Source: Patescibacteria group bacterium (GTDB lineage: Bacteria > Patescibacteriota > Minisyncoccia > UBA6257 > UBA9933). From it: DNA of 64,000 nt. This document shows positions 35,468 through 43,379 of this stretch, in pieces (the stretch's first letter is position 1; each line of letters opens with the position of its first letter). Under the pieces are notes generated by a model, which did not search any database, was not told the origin of the DNA, and saw only the letters and a program-made list of their open reading frames with translations. Made by a program: the position numbers and the translations under genes. Location: NCBI GenBank assembly GCA_038078555.1, contig JBBTYQ010000005.1, forward strand, positions 6,266 to 70,265. The letters run 5' to 3'.

Positions 35468-37228
35468 ATGGAAAATAGAATACTTCTCCAAGAATTAATT
35501 AAGCAGAATTTGCTTACCGAAGAAACTTCCAAAAAGCTTTTGCAGGAATCTACATTGATGCGTAGAAGCGCGGAAGATTTAATTTTAGACAGAAGATTAA
35601 TTAGCGAAGAAAAATTATTTTCCGTAAAAAGCCAGCTTTTAAATATTCCTTATAAAAAAATAATTGCTGAAGATATTGAAAATTTAAGTGAGGAATTACT
35701 TAAATTAATTCCGGAAGAAACCGTAAGAAACTACAAAGCCTTTCCTTTAGAGCGCAAAGATAATCTTTTGATTATCGGAATGGTTAATCCGGAAGACAAC
35801 AAAGCGCAAGACGCTTTAAAATTTATTGCTCGGCAATTGCGCCTTAACTTGGGAATTTATTTGGTTTCATTGTCTAGTTGGGAAATCGCTCTAAGAAAAT
35901 ATTCTCCTTTTTCCGGTGAAATAGAAACAGCGGTAAGATCTTTAAATATTGATTTGAGCAAGTCATCCTCAACTCAACATATTATTCGGCTCGAGGAAGG
36001 GGCGGCAGCCGCGGAAGAAGCGCCGATAATTAAAATAGTCGCATCTACTTTGAAGGAAGCTGTTTCGGAACAAGCATCGGATATTCACATAGAACCTCAA
36101 CGCGACAAATTAAGGATAAGATTCAGAATTGACGGTGAGCTTCAGGAAGTTTCTTCTTTGCCGTTAGTCCTTCACCAGCCTATTGTTTCAAGAGTTAAAG
36201 TCCTTTCCAATTTAAAAATTGACGAAACAAGAATTCCCCAAGACGGCCGTTTTCGAACCGTTCTTTTTGGCCGTGATATTGATTTTCGTGTGGCAACTTT
36301 TCCTACGCCTGTTGGAGAAAAAGCGGCGATTAGAGTTCTTGATCCGACAATCGGCTTAAAAGGACTGGAGCAATTAGGGTTAATCGGTAAAAATCTTCAA
36401 ATAATAAAAAAAGGTCTGGAGAAACCCTACGGAATGATTTTAATTACCGGTCCGACTGGTTCCGGAAAAACCACAACGCTTTACGCCACAATGCAAATGC
36501 TTAATAAAGAAGACGCAAACATTGTCAGTCTTGAGGACCCGGTTGAATATTTTATAGATGGATTAAATCAGTCTCAAGTTAGGCCGGAGATTGGTTATGA
36601 TTTTGCTTCCGGTCTCCGTCAGATTCTTCGGCAAGACCCCGACGTTATTATGGTCGGAGAAATTCGCGATAACGAAACAGCCGGCTTGGCTATTCACGCG
36701 GCGCTTACCGGCCATATTGTTCTTTCTACTCTTCACACCAATGATGCCATCGGAGTTATTCCGCGATTGATAGACATGAAAGTTGAACCGTTTTTAATTC
36801 CTTCGTCATTAAATTTAATGATTGCTCAAAGATTGATTCCCCGGCTTTGTCAAAAATGTAAAAAACCAGAAAAACCATCTTTGGAAATTCAGTCCATGAT
36901 AAAAAAAGAGCTGGTAAAATTGCCAAAAGATGTTATCGAAGAAGTGAAACAAAAAATCAAAAATATTGACGGTCCTTATGAGATATATCATTCTCCGGGC
37001 TGTTCTGCTTGTAAAAATAAAGGCGTAAGTGGAAGAATTGCATTATTTGAAGTGCTGGAAATGACTCAAACGCTTGAGGAAATTATTAATGCCGGGCCGA
37101 CAGAAATGAAAATTTTAGAAGAATCAAAGCGGCAAGAAATGATTACCTTAAGACAAGATGGAATTTTAAAAGCCCTGGACGGATTAGTCCGCGCAGAGGA
37201 GGTGTTGAGGGAGACCATGGAAGTATGA
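35468..37228 (+). CDS. pilB: type IV pilus assembly ATPase PilB (GspE family), copy 2
   Basis: Walker A GPTGSGKTT; DVIMVGEIRD; GHIVLSTLHTND; tetracysteine CQKC...CSAC. Confidence 0.9.
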   Translation: MENRILLQELIKQNLLTEETSKKLLQESTLMRRSAEDLILDRRLISEEKLFSVKSQLLNIPYKKIIAEDIENLSEELLKLIPEETVRNYKAFPLERKDNLLIIGMVNPEDNKAQDALKFIARQLRLNLGIYLVSLSSWEIALRKYSPFSGEIETAVRSLNIDLSKSSSTQHIIRLEEGAAAAEEAPIIKIVASTLKEAVSEQASDIHIEPQRDKLRIRFRIDGELQEVSSLPLVLHQPIVSRVKVLSNLKIDETRIPQDGRFRTVLFGRDIDFRVATFPTPVGEKAAIRVLDPTIGLKGLEQLGLIGKNLQIIKKGLEKPYGMILITGPTGSGKTTTLYATMQMLNKEDANIVSLEDPVEYFIDGLNQSQVRPEIGYDFASGLRQILRQDPDVIMVGEIRDNETAGLAIHAALTGHIVLSTLHTNDAIGVIPRLIDMKVEPFLIPSSLNLMIAQRLIPRLCQKCKKPEKPSLEIQSMIKKELVKLPKDVIEEVKQKIKNIDGPYEIYHSPGCSACKNKGVSGRIALFEVLEMTQTLEEIINAGPTEMKILEESKRQEMITLRQDGILKALDGLVRAEEVLRETMEV

Positions 37229-37241
37229 TATATTATATTAA

Positions 37242-37297
37242 ATAAGTTATTTAGTTTATTAGCTATTGAGCTAATAAACTATCAGCCAATATTAAAA
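37242..37297 (+). promoter_or_regulatory. phased 8-nt AG(C/T)T repeat array in the pilB-2/pilT intercistronic gap
   Basis: ATAAGTTA TTTAGTTT ATTAGCTA TTGAGCTA ATAAACTA TCAGCCAA TATTAAAA, then ATG at 37297. There is a one-nt phase slip in unit 6. Confidence 0.55.
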
Positions 37298-38367
37298 TGG
37301 ATTATAAACAAAAATTAAACGATTTACTTATGGCAGCGGCCCAACAAAATGCCTCTGACTTGCATTTAGCGGTTGGCCGTCACCCGATTTTAAGGATTGA
37401 CGGCGTTTTAATTCCTTTGCAAAAAGAGCCGATTTTAACTCCGGACTCTGCCCAAGAATTAATCTCTCGGCTTTTAACAGATGACCAAAAAATTAAGCTG
37501 GAAAAAGAAAGGGAAATTGACTTTGCTTATGCTTTTGAAGACAAAGCAAGATTTCGCGTCAATGTTTTTTATCAAAGAGGATTTATTGCAGCCGCGCTTC
37601 GTTTAATCCCTTCGCAAATTAAAACTATTGAGGAATTAAATCTGCCTCCGATTTTACATGATTTTACAAAACTTTCTCAGGGCTTCATTCTTATTGTCGG
37701 TCCGGCCGGTCATGGAAAATCAACATCGCTTGCTGGCATGCTTGATGAGATAAATCATAGGCATACTCATCATATTATTACGGTTGAAGACCCTATTGAA
37801 TATATTTTTACTCAAGACAAAGCTGTTATTTCTCAAAGGGAAGTTGGTTCTGACACGATTGATTTTCATAATGCGCTTCGTTCAGTTTTAAGACAGGACC
37901 CGGATGTAATTATGATAGGTGAAATGAGAGACGCAGAATCAATTGCTACGGCGCTCACGGCTGCTGAAACCGGCCACCTTGTTTTTTCTACTCTTCATAC
38001 CAACTCTGCATCGCAGACAATCGATAGGATTATTGATAGTTTTCCGTCAGAACAGCAAGGCCAGATTGCTTCGCAATTGGCCGCAGCTTTAGTAGGCATA
38101 GTTTCCGAAAGGCTTGTTCCTAGAATCGAAGGAGGCAGAGTGCCGGTTTGCGAAGTGATGATAACTAATCCGGCAATTAGAAATCTTATTCGCGAAAGAA
38201 AAGCCTATCAGATAGATTTAGTAATTGAAACGAGCTCTCAAGAAGGCATGGTTACTCTAAATCATTCGCTGGTCAATTTAATTAAAAGAAAAGAAATTTC
38301 TCTGGAAAACGGCGAACTTTATTCGTTAAACCCAAGCGAGTTGAGAATATTACTTGAAAGGTCATAA
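37297..38367 (+). CDS. pilT: twitching-motility retraction ATPase PilT
   Basis: 356 aa. SDLHL, Walker A GPAGHGKST, DVIMIGEMRD, GHLVFSTLHTNS. Confidence 0.9.
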   Translation: MDYKQKLNDLLMAAAQQNASDLHLAVGRHPILRIDGVLIPLQKEPILTPDSAQELISRLLTDDQKIKLEKEREIDFAYAFEDKARFRVNVFYQRGFIAAALRLIPSQIKTIEELNLPPILHDFTKLSQGFILIVGPAGHGKSTSLAGMLDEINHRHTHHIITVEDPIEYIFTQDKAVISQREVGSDTIDFHNALRSVLRQDPDVIMIGEMRDAESIATALTAAETGHLVFSTLHTNSASQTIDRIIDSFPSEQQGQIASQLAAALVGIVSERLVPRIEGGRVPVCEVMITNPAIRNLIRERKAYQIDLVIETSSQEGMVTLNHSLVNLIKRKEISLENGELYSLNPSELRILLERS

Positions 38368-38377
38368 ATTATAGAGC

Positions 38378-39595
38378 ATGAAGTATAAATACAGCGCAAG
38401 AACCAAAGACGGAGAACTTCAGGCAGGTTTTGTTGAAGCGGCCAGCCGTGAAACTGCGGCTAATGTATTGGCCAGCCACGAGCTTTTTGTTTTAAGCGTG
38501 GAAAGCCAGGAAAAGAAGCTTTTCCTGGAAAAAATCTATAAACTATTCAATCGAATAAAATTGGTTGATTTAATGGTTTTTACCAGGCAATTTGCCACTC
38601 TTTTAGAATCAGAAGTTCCATTAAGTGACGCGCTTACAAATATTGAAAAACATACCAAAAACGCCATTTTAAAGGAAACTGCTTATGAAATTTCTTCTGA
38701 TGTGGCTGCCGGTCTTTCTCTTTCTCAGGCTTTAGAGCGCCAAGACCGTATTTTTTCCGATTTTTACCTTAATATGGTAAGGTCCGCGGAAATTACCGGA
38801 CGATTGGGCGAAGTAATGAGTTATTTGGCTGATTATCTTGATAAAGAAGTTGCATGGAGAGCTCGGATAAGAAATGCAACAATTTATCCGATATTTTTAG
38901 TAGTTTTATTTTTTATTGTCGGTATCGTGCTTTTAACGGTAGTTTTTCCGAAACTTGCTCCCATTTTTACCGAAACCGGAGCGCAAATGCCATTAATCAC
39001 TAAAATTTTTTTGGAGACCGGTAATTTTATTCTTAATTGGTGGTGGATGATTCTGATAGTATTAATATTCTTGGCTACTGTTTTAATCGATTATTTTAAA
39101 GGAGAGGAAGGAAAGAATGTTTTTAATGAACTGGTTGTTAAGATTCCTATTTTCGGGGAATTATTTAAAAAAATCTATGCCGCAAGATTTTCCGAATCTT
39201 TAAGCGTTCTAATAAAAGGCGGCGTGCCAGTTGCTCAATCTCTGGAAATAGTCGGCCACAATATCGGAAATATTGTTTATCGGGACATTATCCATGACCT
39301 TGCTGAAGGCGTGAGGCGAGGCGAGCTTCTTTCCGCTCTTTTAATACAAAATGAATATTATTTTCCGCCCTTAGTGTCTCAAATGGTAGCTATTGGAGAA
39401 AATACCGGCCGTTTGGAGTCTATTTTATCTAAAATTTCCGCTTTTTATTCTCGAGAAGTGGAAAATATATTGGATAATCTTACGGAGATGATTCAGCCCT
39501 TGCTTATCGCGGTTATCGGCATTTTTGTTTTTTTGATGTTTGCTTCAATTTTAATTCCGATATATAATTTAATGCAGGGAATACAATCGTTGTGA
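38378..39595 (+). CDS. pilC: type IV pilus platform protein PilC (GspF family), copy 2
   Basis: Two T2SSF repeats. C-terminal MIQPLLIAVIGIFVFLMFASILIPIYNL. Confidence 0.9.
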   Translation: MKYKYSARTKDGELQAGFVEAASRETAANVLASHELFVLSVESQEKKLFLEKIYKLFNRIKLVDLMVFTRQFATLLESEVPLSDALTNIEKHTKNAILKETAYEISSDVAAGLSLSQALERQDRIFSDFYLNMVRSAEITGRLGEVMSYLADYLDKEVAWRARIRNATIYPIFLVVLFFIVGIVLLTVVFPKLAPIFTETGAQMPLITKIFLETGNFILNWWWMILIVLIFLATVLIDYFKGEEGKNVFNELVVKIPIFGELFKKIYAARFSESLSVLIKGGVPVAQSLEIVGHNIGNIVYRDIIHDLAEGVRRGELLSALLIQNEYYFPPLVSQMVAIGENTGRLESILSKISAFYSREVENILDNLTEMIQPLLIAVIGIFVFLMFASILIPIYNLMQGIQSL

Positions 39596-39657
39596 TTGAA
39601 ATTCAAAAGGTCGAAAAAACGAAATTCAAAACAATAAAATATTTATTTAATAAATTT

Positions 39658-40188
39658 ATGAAATTAAAGAATAGCGTAAAAGGTTTTACCTTGATTGAAA
39701 TGTTGATTGTCATTGCGATTATCGGCGTTTTAGCGTCTGTTTCTTTGGTTGCTTTGGGTAGTGCCCGTTCAAGCGCTCGGGATGCCAGAAGAATTTCTGA
39801 TATAGCATCGGTGCAATCAGCCCTAGAACTTTATTATACGAAATGCGGATTTTATCCCGGTGGCGTAAATTGTGCAGCAGGTAATCCGACAACCTGGGGC
39901 GCTTTGCAAACCTCTTTAGTTGGCGCTGCTGCGGGATTAGGCATTAATTCAATTCCTAATGACCCAATTAGCAGTAAAACGTATTATTACGGCGTGGCGC
40001 AAGCATCGGGTCAGAATTATATTGCCGGAACTCAATTAGAAAAAGATAATACTGTTATAAAAAGCGGTGAAGATGTAGATGCTTTACCCACTCCGCCGGT
40101 TCCGACCGATACTGGCTGGTCGTCTGGAATCACTAGCGGAAATTGCGCTGATGCTACTCCTACTTTTGGATATTGCATTTTCCATTAA
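39658..40188 (+). CDS. type IV pilin (major-pilin candidate of locus 2)
   Basis: MKLKNSVKG-FTLIEMLIVIAIIGVLASV...RDARRISD. Strong terminator follows. ATG at 39658 is preferred over the GTG at 39592. Confidence 0.85.
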   Translation: MKLKNSVKGFTLIEMLIVIAIIGVLASVSLVALGSARSSARDARRISDIASVQSALELYYTKCGFYPGGVNCAAGNPTTWGALQTSLVGAAAGLGINSIPNDPISSKTYYYGVAQASGQNYIAGTQLEKDNTVIKSGEDVDALPTPPVPTDTGWSSGITSGNCADATPTFGYCIFH

Positions 40189-40192
40189 AAAT

Positions 40193-40220
40193 AAAAAACC
40201 CCGGTGAGGGGTTTTTTATT
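40193..40220 (+). terminator. rho-independent terminator after pilin 2
   Basis: AAAACCCC-ggtga-GGGGTTTT followed by a T-run. Confidence 0.85.
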
Positions 40221-40246
40221 TTGATTGATCGTGATATTCTTAAATA

Positions 40247-41134
40247 ATGGTATATTTTTTGCTTTTTATTATTGGTTTGGCGATAGGTAGTTTTATAAAC
40301 GTTTTAACATTTCGCTATCAGCCAAATCAAAAACTTTTTGATTTAAAAATTATTGGCGGGCGGTCACATTGCATGCATTGCGCCAAAAAACTAAGCTGGT
40401 ATGAATTAATTCCGATACTAAGTTTTTTGATTCAATTAAGCAAATGCCGAAATTGCGGGCAAAAACTTTCTTTTCAATATCCGCTTATAGAATTTTTAAC
40501 CGGCTTAATTTTTGTTTTAGTGCCGTATTCGATCATCAATAGCCAATGGTTTATTTTTAAAACTGCTCAATTACCCGGTTATTTAGCGGTTGATTATCTT
40601 ATTATCGCGATTTGGCTGGCTATTTTCTTAATTTTTTTGTTGTTGTCAATAATAGATTTTCGTCATTATATTATTCCCGATAGGATAAATTTATCGCTGG
40701 CATTTTTAGGAATCATTTTAATGGTAATTAAATTTTTAAGCCAATGGTCAATGAGTCAGTGGTCGTTTATCAAGCATTATTCTCTGATGTTTGGTTCAAT
40801 TGATAATATTTGGTTTAATCATTTTTTTGCGGCTTTCATCGGAATGGCATTTTTTGGATTAATCATAATTTTAACAAAAGGAAAAGCGATGGGCTGGGGC
40901 GATTTCAAACTTATTGGCGCTTTAGGCTTAATTTTCGGCTGGCCCGATATTTTAATGATCATGTTCGGCTCTTTTGTCATTGGCACGATTTTTGTTTTGC
41001 CGCTTTTGGTTAAACGACAAAAAACAATGAAGGATATAGTTCCTTTTGGTCCGTTTTTAATCGTCGCATCAGCTTTAGTTTTCTTTTTCGGCTATAATAT
41101 AATTAACGGTTATTTTCAACTATTTAATTTATAA
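40247..41134 (+). CDS. pilD: prepilin peptidase / N-methyltransferase PilD (A24 family)
   Basis: Zinc-ribbon Cys pairs CMHC...CRNC. Catalytic Asp contexts IIDFRHYIIPD and GWGDFKL. Polytopic membrane protein. Confidence 0.9.
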   Translation: MVYFLLFIIGLAIGSFINVLTFRYQPNQKLFDLKIIGGRSHCMHCAKKLSWYELIPILSFLIQLSKCRNCGQKLSFQYPLIEFLTGLIFVLVPYSIINSQWFIFKTAQLPGYLAVDYLIIAIWLAIFLIFLLLSIIDFRHYIIPDRINLSLAFLGIILMVIKFLSQWSMSQWSFIKHYSLMFGSIDNIWFNHFFAAFIGMAFFGLIIILTKGKAMGWGDFKLIGALGLIFGWPDILMIMFGSFVIGTIFVLPLLVKRQKTMKDIVPFGPFLIVASALVFFFGYNIINGYFQLFNL

Positions 41135-41135
41135 G

Positions 41136-41762
41136 ATGAAAAGGGAAAATATATCTAATAGATTGAAAGTTTTTATCTCGTTTAGAAATAAATTTCTAAC
41201 AGGATTTACTTTAGTTGAGCTTTTGGTTGTTTTAGGCATTGCAACAATATTATCGGCAACTCTTGTTTTCTATGGTCGGACCGCAGAACGCCAATTGATA
41301 CTTTTAAAAGAGCAGGCAAAAGTGGTTGGCGCTATCCAAAAAACCAAATCTTTAAGCATTGAAACTTTTGGCAATCCGCCTGTGCCTTGCGGTTATGGAA
41401 TAAGATTTCTTTTGCCTGATACGATTCTTATTTTTGAAGACCAGCCTAAATTTGATTTAAATAACGACTGTTCATATGGCGATAATGCTTATGTAATTAG
41501 TGGTGTTAGTGGTTCAAATGACCGGCAATTTGAAGAAATAAAGCTGGATAAAAAAGTGAAATTTAGCGTAATCGAGACAGGGGATCCGCTTATTAGCGCC
41601 GACCCCGGAGCGCTTAATATAATTTTTATTCCGCCTAATCCCAAAACGATAATCAATAATGACAATATGAAAGATTTTACCTTGATAAAAATTCAAACTA
41701 TTGACGGTTTGGCGGAAAAAACGATAAAAGTTTCAAATAGCGGTCAGATAACTATGCAATGA
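41136..41762 (+). CDS. minor pilin (FimT/GspH-like)
   Basis: Long leader, then TG-FTLVELLVVLGIATILSA. Confidence 0.7.
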   Translation: MKRENISNRLKVFISFRNKFLTGFTLVELLVVLGIATILSATLVFYGRTAERQLILLKEQAKVVGAIQKTKSLSIETFGNPPVPCGYGIRFLLPDTILIFEDQPKFDLNNDCSYGDNAYVISGVSGSNDRQFEEIKLDKKVKFSVIETGDPLISADPGALNIIFIPPNPKTIINNDNMKDFTLIKIQTIDGLAEKTIKVSNSGQITMQ

Positions 41763-42310
41763 AGTCAAATACTAAAATTTTAAATTTTAAAATTAAAGGC
41801 GGGTATCTTTTAATTGAGCTGATGATCTCCATTTCGCTTTTGATTGCAGGATTTTTAGGTATTATAGGAATAATTTCTAATTCTTTAAGTTTGAATCGAG
41901 TGGTCAGCGATCAATTTACCGCTAATTATTTAGCGCTGGAAGGCATTGAAGTGACAAAAAGTATGCTTGATGCCAATTATATGCGGCCCGGACCATGGAA
42001 TCGGGGGGTTAGAGATGGATGTTATGATATAGAATATAATTCTTCTGGTTTGATAAATAATTTAAACGGATTTACTTGCTCTGATTTTTCCATGAGGAGA
42101 CCTCTTGAATTTAATCCGGCAACCGGCATATATGATTACAGCGGTACCGAGCGAACTCGTTTTTATAGAATGATTCAAGTTCAGCAGATTGATAGGGAAG
42201 GAAATCCAAGGCCTGACGAAATTCAAATTGATTCTATTGTCAGATGGGTAAGCCGCGGCGGCGGAATATTTGAAGTAAGATTAGAAGATCATTTTTTTGA
42301 TTGGCGCTGA
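41759..42310 (+). CDS. minor pilin (PilV-like)
   Basis: KGG-YLLIELMISISLLIAGFLGI. ATGA overlap with the previous gene. Confidence 0.6.
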   Translation: MKSNTKILNFKIKGGYLLIELMISISLLIAGFLGIIGIISNSLSLNRVVSDQFTANYLALEGIEVTKSMLDANYMRPGPWNRGVRDGCYDIEYNSSGLINNLNGFTCSDFSMRRPLEFNPATGIYDYSGTERTRFYRMIQVQQIDREGNPRPDEIQIDSIVRWVSRGGGIFEVRLEDHFFDWR

Positions 42311-42339
42311 TAAATAAAAATTATTACTTAGCATTAATT

Positions 42340-42918
42340 ATGGTGGAAAATATATCAAAAAATAAAAACGGATTTAGTATGATAGAGCTTATTGTTTCCT
42401 TCAGCCTTTTTGTTATTTTTATGTCGATTGCCATTACTGCATTTTTAGGCGCCTTAAGAAATCAAAGGATAATTGTCGCGCTTATGTCCGCCAATGACAG
42501 CGCCAGCTTAACACTTGAACAAATATCAAGAGAACTAAGGACAGCCAAAAGCTTTCAGGTTTCCGGCAATGAAATAAAATTCATCAATGCCGAAGGCATT
42601 GATGCCAGTTATAGATTAAACGCGACAGATTGGTCTATAGAGCGCGGCACCCAAGCTATTGCGCCAATCTGGGTTTATAAAAAACTTACAGCTGACAATG
42701 TCAAAGTAAAAAATTTTAACATTACTGCTTGCGGCACGAATTACGACGGCAGTTCGATAAACGGCAGAAGAGCCCTTGACAGATGTGGCAGCGGCAATGA
42801 AAATTATCCGGCCAGAATTACTATTAGTTTATCTATAACCAGTAATCAGAAGGGCATTGAAGATAAAGGAATTTTTACCAATATTCAAACAACTATCAGC
42901 GCCAGGAAAATTAATTAA
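42340..42918 (+). CDS. minor pilin (PilW-like)
   Basis: MVENISKNKNG-FSMIELIVSFSLFVIF. ATG at 42340 is preferred over the TTG at 42301. Confidence 0.7.
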   Translation: MVENISKNKNGFSMIELIVSFSLFVIFMSIAITAFLGALRNQRIIVALMSANDSASLTLEQISRELRTAKSFQVSGNEIKFINAEGIDASYRLNATDWSIERGTQAIAPIWVYKKLTADNVKVKNFNITACGTNYDGSSINGRRALDRCGSGNENYPARITISLSITSNQKGIEDKGIFTNIQTTISARKIN

Positions 42919-42937
42919 ATTATCTTTAATAAGAAAA

Positions 42938-43327
42938 ATGAAATCTAATCTTCTAAAATTTAAGGAAAATTTGAGTCAAATTATTAGCAATAATTCCGGC
43001 CAAGCGATGCTTTTAGCGGTATTTTTGATTGGCTCTGGCATTTTAGCGTTTACTTCAATTGCCGGTTATTTGATGGCTCAAAGGATAAGAACCGCTTCTG
43101 ATATCACTGATTCGGCAAAAGCGATTATAGCGGCTGACGCTGGTTTGGAATGCGGGCTTTATAAAATTTATAAATCAGATTCTAATCTTAGTGATTGCGC
43201 CAATTGGCTTATTTTTAATAATGGCGCTTCAAATAATATCTCAACTTTTACAATTACTGGCAATAATTATCTTAAAGTAATCGGCTCTTCTAGGAGAAGC
43301 AACCGGGCATTTATAATAGGCTTATAA
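42938..43327 (+). CDS. PilX-like pilus minor component
   Basis: SGQAMLLAVFLIGSGILAFTSIAG...AIIAADAGLECGLY. ATG at 42938 is preferred over the overlapping upstream start. Confidence 0.55.
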   Translation: MKSNLLKFKENLSQIISNNSGQAMLLAVFLIGSGILAFTSIAGYLMAQRIRTASDITDSAKAIIAADAGLECGLYKIYKSDSNLSDCANWLIFNNGASNNISTFTITGNNYLKVIGSSRRSNRAFIIGL

Positions 43328-43379
43328 CTAATTTTCTTGAAATAAATACGGCTTAATAAAAGGCCGTTTTTTTGTTATT

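Noticed and set aside
39592-42937. N-terminal extensions in the ORF track (39592-39657, 42301-42339, 42857-42937; likewise 28664-28705 and 29832-29891)
   Set aside because: These extensions begin at GTG/TTG codons, overlap upstream genes or add non-pilin-like residues before a normal Met-leader-G-F-T-L-x-E prepilin start. Internal ATG starts give canonical architectures.
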